From Bacteroidia bacterium (GTDB lineage: Bacteria > Bacteroidota > Bacteroidia > Bacteroidales > VadinHA17), in assembly GCA_026391555.1 (NCBI GenBank), contig JAPLEB010000057.1, positions 17,934 to 81,933 on the forward strand: a stretch of DNA of 64,000 bases, read 5' to 3'. Positions 18,328 through 27,170 of this stretch are shown piece by piece (the first letter of the stretch is position 1; every line of letters begins with the position of its first letter). The notes beneath the pieces are model-generated. The model was not told the origin of the DNA. It did not search any database and saw nothing but the letters and a program-made list of their open reading frames with translations. Position numbers and translations under genes: made by a program.

Positions 18328-21300
18328 ATGGCCCGATCAACAGTACATTACGCAGACAATAAAACAAACAACGCTTTAAAGAAGCTTCATAATAAACTCC
18401 GGCCGGCAGGAACCCCTGTGCAGAGGGTTGAATATATTATTGAGTTACTTCTGCTTCGCATTTTTGAGACCAAGATAAAACAGGATGAGGAATTCAAACC
18501 TCTAAGAAAACTTTTTACATCAGATTACCGGTGGAAAAATCCTAAAACAGGGCAGGAAGAATCAAATGAAAACAGGTTGTTTTCTTACTTGCCAACCGTT
18601 ACGAATGAACAGATAAGCGCTGAATTGAATGATAATTTCTTTCCATTTTATTCTTCAATCCTGCAAAGCGCCCGGCAGGTATTTGAAGGCAATCTTCCTC
18701 AGAAAGTTCAGGACCAGCTGGTTCTGATTGAAGAAGTATTCAGCAATTCAAATTTTACAAATAATGTAAATAGCGGTAATCTTGGAGAGGTTATCGGAAT
18801 TGTCGCTAATGATATTGAGGAATCCAGATTACTGAAAACAGACTTGCTTGGTGATGCCATCGAATCAGCCTTAAGTGAAACAGGTGGAACGAAGGACATT
18901 GGTTTGTTCCGCACACCTGATCATGTGAGGCAGTTCATGACAGCTTTAGCAGAACCAACTTTTGATGACCTTGTTTTCGACCCTGCATGCGGAACCGGCG
19001 GATTTTTGTTTGACGCTTTCGAATTTGTAATGCGGCGTGTTGATCCTGCACGTGACTGGCCGGGAGAAAAAGCTCATTCTGAACTGCGCTCATGGTTTGA
19101 TAACTATTTCAAAAATCATCCTCTTGATTTCCCAAGTGTGGAACAGACTACACAATTCTATCGATCCGGTGTTGCCGGGATAGAGTATTTAGGTATGATC
19201 CGCAAAATGGCAGCTATCAACTTTTATATACGTGGATTGAACCCGGCCAACATTCAACAGGGTGATTCCCTCGCAAAGTATAATCCTGTTACAGATGCCG
19301 GAAGTAAAACAGTTGTTATAGCTAATCCCCCCTTTGGTGCAGAATGCGACCAGGAAGCTTACCCTGAGGTATGGGGAGAATTTCCAAAGGAATCAGAGAC
19401 TACAATCCTTTTTGTAAAGTTGATGTTTGAGCTCCTTAAAGATACCGGAAGATGCGCTGTGATCGTTTCTGAAGGATTTCATACCTGGGATCAGAATAGC
19501 GCCAAAGCGCTTCGTAAAATGCTGCTGGATGAGGCGCAACTGAAAGCAATCATTTCTTTGCCGCAGGGTTTGTTTGTGAGCAAAGGAGGTCAGGGGCCGA
19601 AAACTTCTATACTACTTTATGAAAAAGGGGGCAAAACAGATTGGGTATGGTTCTATAAAGTAACAAACGATGGTTATACTATGGGAACCAACCGAAGGGA
19701 ACAAAAAGGAAATCAGTTAGTCGAATGTTTGAATCTTTTTAATAAATATGTTAAACAAGGTAAACAACCTCCGGAATCTAAGCATCAGTTTTGCATACCT
19801 GCAGATTGGATAAAAACACTCGATCCACGGATAAAAGAAAAGATCCGGAACGATACCAGGGCAGATATGGAAACCAAAGGGAAACTCGACAGGGTAAAGA
19901 AAACCGAAGATCTGGATAAAAAGATTGCATCTAATAAACTTACAGAAGCCGGAAAGCAGATGGAACTGAAAATCTTTGACCAGATGCTTGAAAACCGGAT
20001 ACAGAACGAGATTGCAAAGAGAATAGATAAGGCTCATAATTATTCTTTCAATCTTTCAAATTACAAAAGCACATTGAGTGAAAGCCAGATATCTGAGTTG
20101 AAAGATGCAATCAAAAATATAACACCCAATGGTTCAACAACATTAGATGAGGTTTATAAAAATCTGTCTCTTGCAAATCCGGAAGCATCATTACCATACC
20201 TCGCAAAACTAAACCCTGTAAGCGCTCTGGAAGCTGATATTGCAAGAGGTTTTGTCAGTAACCTGGCAGAAGATTTAATAAAAGGGCAGAAAGAATTTTA
20301 TAAAATAAAGGAAATATTAAAGAGCGGAGCCAAATATCCTATTGTAAAATTGAAAGAGTATTTGATTCTGAATGAGAATAAAATCAAACCTGCTAAAAAT
20401 CCGGATGTAAATTATAAGGTTCTCGGGGTTTCAAATGAGATTGGGGTTTTTGTAAATGAAAAGCTAAATCCGGAAGAGACTAACCAATCCTATTATCTGG
20501 TCAAAAAGGATCAATTTTGTTATAATCCGTACAGAATAAATGTTGGTAGCATTGGACTTAACGAGTACGATTATGATAATCAGATAATAAGTGGGGCTTA
20601 CATTGTATTTGGCTGTCAGGAAGAACTAAATCCAAAGTATCTGGGTGCATTATTTAAAAGTAAAGGATTCTTGGAATACGTAAATGATAAAGCAAATGGT
20701 GGAGTAAGGATGAACTTTAAATTTGAAGATTTGGAGTTTTGGGAAATTCCACTCCCTCCAGTTGATGAACAAGCTGATATTGTCAAACAGATTGAAAAAC
20801 AGAAGATTATTATTGAAGGAGCAAGGAATATATCGAAAGTGTATGAAGTAGATGAAACAATATTTGCCAATTTTGAGAAGTTAAAATTGAGTGATGTTGC
20901 TTATTTAATAATGGGACAAAGCCCTCCAGGTAACACCTATAATGAAAATGGGGATGGTTTTATACTTATCAATGGCCCGACTGAATTTGAGAAAGGAGCT
21001 TTTGATGCTCCAAAAAGAATTAAATGGACAACGAAACCTACTAAATTCTGTAAGGAAAAAGATCTGTTAATTTGTGTTCGGGGTGCAACAACTGGGAGAA
21101 CTAACATAGCTTCATTTGAAGCATGTATTGGAAGAGGTGTAGCCGCAATAAGAGCTAAGGATGACAAAAGCCAAAAATACATTAATTTCTACATTAATTG
21201 TTTTAAAAATAGGATTCTTGGAATGGCATTTGGAGCTATGTTTCCAAATTTAACTTCAGACCAGTTAAATAATTTTGAGATTTCTTTCCCATCAATAGAT

Positions 21301-21438
21301 GAACAGGAAATTATAATCTCTCATATAAATTTACAATTACAGGTAATTGAGGGATTAAGTAAAATGGAAATTGAAGCAGAAAAGAAAATTGAAAATATCT
21401 TAGCAGATGTGTGGGGTATGGAAATATCAAAACCTTAA
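18328..21438 (+). CDS. Type I restriction-modification HsdM-HsdS fusion protein (N6-adenine methylase + two-TRD specificity subunit)
   Basis: Motif I DPACGTGGF (aa 218-226) and motif IV NPPF (aa 333-336). A K/E-rich linker spans aa ~480-665. Two HsdS TRDs follow, each ending in a PxxDEQ..I conserved helix (PLPPVDEQADIV at ~aa 808, FPSIDEQEIII at ~aa 987). Confidence 0.8.
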   Translation: MARSTVHYADNKTNNALKKLHNKLRPAGTPVQRVEYIIELLLLRIFETKIKQDEEFKPLRKLFTSDYRWKNPKTGQEESNENRLFSYLPTVTNEQISAELNDNFFPFYSSILQSARQVFEGNLPQKVQDQLVLIEEVFSNSNFTNNVNSGNLGEVIGIVANDIEESRLLKTDLLGDAIESALSETGGTKDIGLFRTPDHVRQFMTALAEPTFDDLVFDPACGTGGFLFDAFEFVMRRVDPARDWPGEKAHSELRSWFDNYFKNHPLDFPSVEQTTQFYRSGVAGIEYLGMIRKMAAINFYIRGLNPANIQQGDSLAKYNPVTDAGSKTVVIANPPFGAECDQEAYPEVWGEFPKESETTILFVKLMFELLKDTGRCAVIVSEGFHTWDQNSAKALRKMLLDEAQLKAIISLPQGLFVSKGGQGPKTSILLYEKGGKTDWVWFYKVTNDGYTMGTNRREQKGNQLVECLNLFNKYVKQGKQPPESKHQFCIPADWIKTLDPRIKEKIRNDTRADMETKGKLDRVKKTEDLDKKIASNKLTEAGKQMELKIFDQMLENRIQNEIAKRIDKAHNYSFNLSNYKSTLSESQISELKDAIKNITPNGSTTLDEVYKNLSLANPEASLPYLAKLNPVSALEADIARGFVSNLAEDLIKGQKEFYKIKEILKSGAKYPIVKLKEYLILNENKIKPAKNPDVNYKVLGVSNEIGVFVNEKLNPEETNQSYYLVKKDQFCYNPYRINVGSIGLNEYDYDNQIISGAYIVFGCQEELNPKYLGALFKSKGFLEYVNDKANGGVRMNFKFEDLEFWEIPLPPVDEQADIVKQIEKQKIIIEGARNISKVYEVDETIFANFEKLKLSDVAYLIMGQSPPGNTYNENGDGFILINGPTEFEKGAFDAPKRIKWTTKPTKFCKEKDLLICVRGATTGRTNIASFEACIGRGVAAIRAKDDKSQKYINFYINCFKNRILGMAFGAMFPNLTSDQLNNFEISFPSIDEQEIIISHINLQLQVIEGLSKMEIEAEKKIENILADVWGMEISKP

Positions 21439-21452
21439 ACTAATTAAGTTAT

Positions 21453-23831
21453 ATGACCCGAAAAATTAACGAGGCAACATCTACCGATCTGAGAGTCATT
21501 AAACTACTTGAATCGGTTGGATGGAAACCGGAAGATACTTTACTTTATCAGCAGGAATATACTCTTCATCCTGAACAACAGGTTCAATTCCAGGGTTTCA
21601 AATCAATTAAGCCGGATATTGTACTCCAGGATATGAATGGAGAAATTATAGCTGTTTTAGAAAACAAACTCGAAGATGAGCGAAAAGCGTTACAGAAGCT
21701 ACGGATACTATATTCTGCAGTTCTGAAACCAAGATTTTTATATGCCTGTAGTTCAGAAAGGATCTTATTTTATGATAATTCATGGAAGGGTTTAGATGCA
21801 GGGGAATTCAGGCAGGTAACCTCTTTCATGAGCCTCGAAGAGATGAAACTGAAAGTCGAACAGCATCGAAAGATCTCTTCCAAACGCGAAGTAAAGATTG
21901 ATACAACAATTGCCGGAGGATTTGATACAACAGTAGGAAAAGAAAGGTATTACCAGCTTCAATGTATAAGGACCCTTATTGACAACTATAAAGCAGGGAA
22001 ACAGAAGATGCTTGTCCACATGGCAACAGGTCTGGGAAAAACCAGGACAGCAGTTGCATTAGTTAAAGCATTGCTTAGTCATGGCCTTGCAAAACGCATT
22101 TTGTTTGTTGTTGACAGAAGGATGCTTGCGAAACAGGCTATTGAAAAGGGATTCGCACTTATAAGCAAAGAGTATCCTTCAAGCTGGATAACTTCCTCGA
22201 GTTTCAGGAGCAGGAAACATGCAAGCATTCATGTGGTTGTTATTGACACATTAGAGCTTATTTACAGTGACTTATCTTCTAATTTTTACGACCTGATAAT
22301 TGTCGATGAATGTCATCGGAGCATAAATGTTAACCGGAAACTTATTTTTGATCATTTTCTGTGTCCGAGGATCGGTCTGACAGCAACACCCAGAATTGCT
22401 GTCTCCAAAGAAGGAACAGAGGTGCCTGAAGAGGACCTGGCAATAATGGATACTTACCGGATGTTTGGCTGTGAAGCCGGAGAACCGGATTTTAAATTTG
22501 ACATTAAGAGAGGAATTGATGAGGGGTTTCTGGCACCGTACAAGCCTATTGAATTACTTTCAAATCTTATAAAGGAGGCTGAAGAAAATGGAATTGAATT
22601 TGATCATGTACTTGAACCGCAGGAGAAATATACAATTCAACTTGACTATAAAAAGAAACTAAAGCTGGAACAGTTAAACCGGAAATTTATTTCAGAAGAA
22701 AACTGTCTGCGTATTGCTGAAGAATTGAAAAAGAACACACAATGGGGAGAGAAAATAATTTTATTTGGTGTAAGTCAGGCTCATTGTATCGAGCTTGCCA
22801 AGGCAGTCAATTCAGTTTTTGAAATAGATTTTTCAGATAAGCCATACTATGCTGAAGCTATTATTTCTGAAAACAGTGAATTAAATGAAACACTGAAGGC
22901 CTGGTTTGATAAACCCTATAAGAAACCTTATGTTGCTGTTTCCGTAGACATTATGACGACAGGGGTTGATATACCATGTGTCCGTTATATATCTTTTGCA
23001 GCTTTGACAAAATCGGTAGGCAAATATGTTCAGATGCTTGGCAGGGGTACCAGACTCGATCCGAAAACAGGTAAAAACAGTTTTATAATTCTTGATTTTG
23101 TCGGATTATGCCGGAGAATGGAGGATAATGGATATGGCACCCTGAAAGAGAATAAGAAGATAATCAGCGGAGCCAAAGGAAGAACAGTTATTGAAAAGCC
23201 ACTTCCCCGTGGCGATTATTATCTTATTGACAATCCTGATCCTGCCCACTTAATACAAAGAGTTGATATCCATGGAGATTCTATAAAGATTGTGGACAAT
23301 ATCCCAATTGAGGAAGCAAAAAGGATTTTTGAAGAGGAATTAAAGAAATCTCAGAATCCGGTAATGACTGATCTGAAAGAAAAGGCAATGACTAAAGAAT
23401 ATGAACCGACTGAAGTTGAAGTACAGAAATTTACAGACTGGCTAAGCAAACCAAATGTCTTTCTCGACGAGGGGCATCTTCAAAAAATGTATGATTTTCC
23501 GGAAGGTTCAGCCTGGGATTTTATGCTTCATGCTTTAGGCAAAAAGAAGATACCTTCTCCAAAAGAACGTATTGAAAAGAATTATTTATCTTACCTTCAT
23601 ACATATAACTTTACCGATGGACAGATAAAAGTGCTTAAGAAAATTAAGGATGTTTTTTCCTCGAACATTTCTTCAAAGAGGGATATTGATGTCAATGAAA
23701 TATTCGGCAATCCTATATACGAGAGACTAATAGGTTCTAAGGATGAGATAAATAAGATATTTGATAACAAACTAGATCTGGTTATTGCTGATTTGAAACA
23801 AACATTTGGGTTAATGAGGCCGAGTGCATAA
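21453..23831 (+). CDS. hsdR: Type I restriction enzyme R subunit, short EcoEI-like form (PD-(D/E)xK nuclease + SF2 helicase)
   Basis: The N-terminal KPDIVL..AVLENK gives D55/E70/K72. Helicase motifs are MATGLGKT (aa 190-197), DECH (285-288), TATP and QMLGRGTR. The C-terminal helical tail resembles the EcoEI R C-terminal domain. Confidence 0.8.
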   Translation: MTRKINEATSTDLRVIKLLESVGWKPEDTLLYQQEYTLHPEQQVQFQGFKSIKPDIVLQDMNGEIIAVLENKLEDERKALQKLRILYSAVLKPRFLYACSSERILFYDNSWKGLDAGEFRQVTSFMSLEEMKLKVEQHRKISSKREVKIDTTIAGGFDTTVGKERYYQLQCIRTLIDNYKAGKQKMLVHMATGLGKTRTAVALVKALLSHGLAKRILFVVDRRMLAKQAIEKGFALISKEYPSSWITSSSFRSRKHASIHVVVIDTLELIYSDLSSNFYDLIIVDECHRSINVNRKLIFDHFLCPRIGLTATPRIAVSKEGTEVPEEDLAIMDTYRMFGCEAGEPDFKFDIKRGIDEGFLAPYKPIELLSNLIKEAEENGIEFDHVLEPQEKYTIQLDYKKKLKLEQLNRKFISEENCLRIAEELKKNTQWGEKIILFGVSQAHCIELAKAVNSVFEIDFSDKPYYAEAIISENSELNETLKAWFDKPYKKPYVAVSVDIMTTGVDIPCVRYISFAALTKSVGKYVQMLGRGTRLDPKTGKNSFIILDFVGLCRRMEDNGYGTLKENKKIISGAKGRTVIEKPLPRGDYYLIDNPDPAHLIQRVDIHGDSIKIVDNIPIEEAKRIFEEELKKSQNPVMTDLKEKAMTKEYEPTEVEVQKFTDWLSKPNVFLDEGHLQKMYDFPEGSAWDFMLHALGKKKIPSPKERIEKNYLSYLHTYNFTDGQIKVLKKIKDVFSSNISSKRDIDVNEIFGNPIYERLIGSKDEINKIFDNKLDLVIADLKQTFGLMRPSA

Positions 23832-24929
23832 ATTCAGATTCAGGTTATTAGTTATTGATTTCTCAATATTCTCTATAAAAATATCGAATAGATAGTCAGT
23901 ATCTGTTGGTCCGCCGGACGCTTCCGGATGAAATTGAGTTGAGAAAAACGGCATGGTCTTATGTTTCATTCCCTCGTTTGTCTGGTCGTTAATATTGATG
24001 AAAAGCGGTTCCCAATCCTTCCCTAAGGTTTTGTTATCGACTGTAAATCCATGATTCTGTGATGTGATATAGGCTTTATCCGTACCTACCTGAATAACCG
24101 GTTGATTGTGGCTCCTGTGACCATATTTCAGTTTATAAGTATCTGCCCCTGAAGCCAGCGCCATTAACTGATTGCCCAGACAAATCCCGAATATGGGTTT
24201 TGTACCGGAAAATGATTTTTTAATATTTTCGATTGTAATGCCGCACATTTTTGGATCGCCGGGGCCATTGGAAAGAAATAGTCCGTCAAATTCTTCCTTG
24301 TGAAAATCATAATCCCATGGGACTCTTATAATTGTAGTATCCCTTTTCAGGAGGTTTCTGATTATATTATACTTTACTCCGCAGTCAACTAATAGTATTT
24401 TATATTTTCCTGAGCCGTAAATCTTTTTTTCATGTGTGCTCACCTCTGCAACAAGGTTCACTTTGTTTGGGTCATAAAATCCGATTTCGGTTCCTTCGGG
24501 TTCAACCTTGCCAGGCATGGCTCCTTTCTCACGGATCCTTTTTGTCAAAGCTCTTGTATCTATACCGTAAATCCCCGGCACATTATTTCTTTTCAGCCAC
24601 TCATCGAGGCTTTCTGTGGCATTCCAGTGGCTGTACTCAAAGGAATAATCAGATACAATGAGCCCTGAGATATGAATAGAGGAAGATTCATAAAAACGAT
24701 AAAGATCATTTTCTTCGCTTTTCCCGGGTGCACCATAGTTACCGACAAGTGGATAGGTAAGGCATAGGATTTGTCCGCGATAAGATGGATCGGTTAAACT
24801 CTCCGGGTATCCCGTCATGGCAGTATTAAAAACCACCTCTCCAGCAGCGGGGACAGGCGATCCGAAGGACCGGCCATGATAGATCGTTCCATCTTCAAGG
24901 GTTAACCGGACCTTTACGCTGTTTTTCAT
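23811..24929 (-). CDS. carA: Carbamoyl-phosphate synthase small (glutaminase) subunit
   Basis: TGYPESLTDPSY, the GATase triad context GICLGNQL, and ..QFHPE. 372 aa. Its last 7 codons overlap the 3' end of hsdR. Confidence 0.95.
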   Translation of the reverse strand: MKNSVKVRLTLEDGTIYHGRSFGSPVPAAGEVVFNTAMTGYPESLTDPSYRGQILCLTYPLVGNYGAPGKSEENDLYRFYESSSIHISGLIVSDYSFEYSHWNATESLDEWLKRNNVPGIYGIDTRALTKRIREKGAMPGKVEPEGTEIGFYDPNKVNLVAEVSTHEKKIYGSGKYKILLVDCGVKYNIIRNLLKRDTTIIRVPWDYDFHKEEFDGLFLSNGPGDPKMCGITIENIKKSFSGTKPIFGICLGNQLMALASGADTYKLKYGHRSHNQPVIQVGTDKAYITSQNHGFTVDNKTLGKDWEPLFININDQTNEGMKHKTMPFFSTQFHPEASGGPTDTDYLFDIFIENIEKSITNNLNLNLCTRPH

Positions 24930-24950
24930 TCGCTTGTATATAATATCTGT

Positions 24951-26129
24951 TTATCTGAGCGATGAAACAGCTTTTTCAATCTGTTCCATAGCCCTTATGA
25001 CTGTCTGGTGTGTGGTGGCAATATTCATTCTCATGAACCCTTCTCCTCCGCGACCAAAAGTCGAGCCCTCGTTCATTCCTATACCTGCTTTATTTACAAA
25101 AAAATTCTGAAGCTCTTTTCCTGTCATCCCAAATTTACGGCAATCGAGCCATATCATATAGGTTGCTTCAGGTTGAACAGGAACAATTTCAGGAATCATC
25201 TTCCTGCAATAATTTTCCACGAAATCAATATTGTGGTCAATATAGTCAAGTAATGCATCGAGCCATTGATGTCCATGGGAATATGCTGCTATTGAGGCTA
25301 CTGTGCCAAATATATTTCCACCTCCTACATGAAGATTTTCGACTATCCTGTTAAAAGACTTTCTTAAAACAGGATTTGAAATTATGATAGATGATGTTGA
25401 GAGACCTGCCAGGTTGAATGTCTTGCTTGGAGCTATGCAGGTAATAGTAATTTCAGCAATTTTTTCTGATAGTTTTGCAAAGGGAGTATGACTAAACCCG
25501 GGCAGAACAAGATCACAATGTATTTCATCGGAGATGATCAGAATATTGTTTTTCAGACAGATATCTGCAAGTTTATTAAGTTCGTCCGGGGTCCATACCC
25601 GTCCAACCGGATTGTGCGGATTGGAAATAATTATCATTTTCGTATCCCCGTCGATTGCATCAATGAGCGATTTATAATCCATAACCCATTTGCCGTCTTG
25701 CTCTGTCAATCGGTTATGAATCAGTTTACGGTCGTGAGATTCGGCTGCTGAAAAGAAAGGAAAATATACCGGTGGCTGAACAATAATTTTATCACCAGGA
25801 TGGGTAAATGCCATGGTGCATAAATTAAGCGCCGGAACAATGCCGGGACTAAAGCATATCCATTCTTTTTCAACTTTCCAGTTATGTCTGCGTTCAAGCC
25901 AATCTATTATTGACAAAAAATATTCCGGAGGGCGAAAAGAATAGCCATAAATCTCATGGTTAAGGCGGCTCTGAAGAGACTTTATTACAAAATCCGGGGT
26001 GTTAAAATCCATATCTGCGACCCACATCGGTATAACATCTTTTACACCGAATGTCTCTTCCCTGAGGTCATACTTGATACAGTTTGTACCCTCTCTTTTG
26101 GCAGGTTCATCGAAATTCCACATCGTCAA
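24951..26129 (-). CDS. PLP-dependent C-S lyase / aminotransferase, MalY/PatB family
   Basis: R.GT.C.KYD..., VIPMWVADMDF.TP, SNPHNPVGRVW, and the PLP-lysine context SKTFN. 392 aa. Confidence 0.75.
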   Translation of the reverse strand: MTMWNFDEPAKREGTNCIKYDLREETFGVKDVIPMWVADMDFNTPDFVIKSLQSRLNHEIYGYSFRPPEYFLSIIDWLERRHNWKVEKEWICFSPGIVPALNLCTMAFTHPGDKIIVQPPVYFPFFSAAESHDRKLIHNRLTEQDGKWVMDYKSLIDAIDGDTKMIIISNPHNPVGRVWTPDELNKLADICLKNNILIISDEIHCDLVLPGFSHTPFAKLSEKIAEITITCIAPSKTFNLAGLSTSSIIISNPVLRKSFNRIVENLHVGGGNIFGTVASIAAYSHGHQWLDALLDYIDHNIDFVENYCRKMIPEIVPVQPEATYMIWLDCRKFGMTGKELQNFFVNKAGIGMNEGSTFGRGGEGFMRMNIATTHQTVIRAMEQIEKAVSSLR

Positions 26130-26283
26130 AAAATGATATAAACTCAGGGGCTTAAAGATAATTAAAAAATGGAGAAGATAAATGAAGAATGTTAATGATT
26201 CCAGATGCTTATTTTATTTAATAATATTTATTACTTTTATGGACGCTATTTGAATGGAATATTAAAATTAAAACTGACTCAAA

Positions 26284-27105
26284 ATGAAAAAAATTATTGC
26301 AGGTACTATACTTCCAATCCTGATAATAGGTTTCACTGGTTTGACTTCATGCAAAGATAAGGCAACCGGCAAACAACAAAAAAAGGTTGAGATGGAACAG
26401 ATTAAGGCTATTGAAAATCAGATTGAAGCAAATGTATATCCTTTGCCCACTTCAGCAAATGTAATCAAGATGTTAACCCAACTGGAAGTCGGATATATAA
26501 TAGGTATATCAAACCCGGTTGAAAACACAAAAAAATATTTTAGCAGTACGAAAAGGGCGATCAATCTTGGTGTGTATGGAGCCGATCTGAGTTATGCAAC
26601 ACTCTATAATATGCAGCAGGAAGTTATAAATCAGCTGAATGCTATCAGATCCCTTTCCAACGAACTCAGTATGTCTAAAATATACAATGAGGAGTTATAT
26701 GAGAAAATAAAACAGAATTTTGACAACAGGGATGAACTGGTGAAAATACTGACAATCGCATTCAATGATACCTATTCATATTTGAGTGAAAACGAGCAAC
26801 AACCACTAGCTCTGCTTGTTGTTGGCGGCGCCTGGGTTGAAGGCATGTATCTGACAACACACGTTTCGGAGGCAGCATATCAGGTTGCAGGTATCTCAGG
26901 GGTATTGCTTGAGCAGAAGAAATCATTCGGGCTTTTCCTCGAAATAACCAAGCCTTATATCACTGATCCAAGCGTTAGTGATTTCGTAAAGTTATTGGAT
27001 CCTGTCAAGAAAGTATATGAAGGACTCGGCTCCAGTCTTACTGAACAGAATATTAAGGACATAACCCAGGTCATAAATGGGGTAAGAAGTCAAATTGTGC
27101 AATAA
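26284..27105 (+). CDS. Hypothetical lipoprotein (helical)
   Basis: Signal peptide with a lipobox-like LTSC at aa ~19-22. I do not recognise a family. Confidence 0.5.
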   Translation: MKKIIAGTILPILIIGFTGLTSCKDKATGKQQKKVEMEQIKAIENQIEANVYPLPTSANVIKMLTQLEVGYIIGISNPVENTKKYFSSTKRAINLGVYGADLSYATLYNMQQEVINQLNAIRSLSNELSMSKIYNEELYEKIKQNFDNRDELVKILTIAFNDTYSYLSENEQQPLALLVVGGAWVEGMYLTTHVSEAAYQVAGISGVLLEQKKSFGLFLEITKPYITDPSVSDFVKLLDPVKKVYEGLGSSLTEQNIKDITQVINGVRSQIVQ

Positions 27106-27124
27106 TGATTTCATAAATATATGG

Positions 27125-27158
27125 CCGCAAAGCATCTGACTTTGCGGTCTTTTTTTTA
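27125..27158 (+). terminator. Rho-independent terminator after the lipoprotein gene
   Basis: ccgcaaag (27125-27132) pairs perfectly with ctttgcgg (27140-27147) across a 7-nt loop, followed by tcttttttttt. Confidence 0.65.
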
Positions 27159-27170
27159 CTTAATGTTTTT

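Noticed and set aside
19717-20037. 106-aa minus-strand ORF inside the M-S linker, considered as a hidden antisense gene such as a controller protein.
   Set aside because: Its F/L/C-rich sequence is the mirror image of the K/E-rich coiled-coil coding strand. It has no HTH or other motif and no plausible promoter. The other antisense ORFs in the island (16548-16820, 17210-17512, 18708-18914, 20616-20870, 20937-21182, 21792-22019) fail for the same reasons.
18328-21438. The 1036-aa methylase interpreted as a BREX PglX or as a type IIG/IIB R-M-S enzyme.
   Set aside because: No PglZ, BrxC or BrxL-type genes are nearby, and the protein has no nuclease domain. It has two full HsdS-type TRDs with the conserved DEQ helices, and a separate HsdR gene starts 14 nt after it. 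A type I assignment fits better.
16290-23831. Calling the defence region a mobile element or integrative island.
   Set aside because: No integrase, recombinase or transposase gene is present. There is no tRNA at either junction, and I could see no terminal inverted or direct repeats. It is treated as accessory only because of its gene content and its position inside a metabolic cluster.
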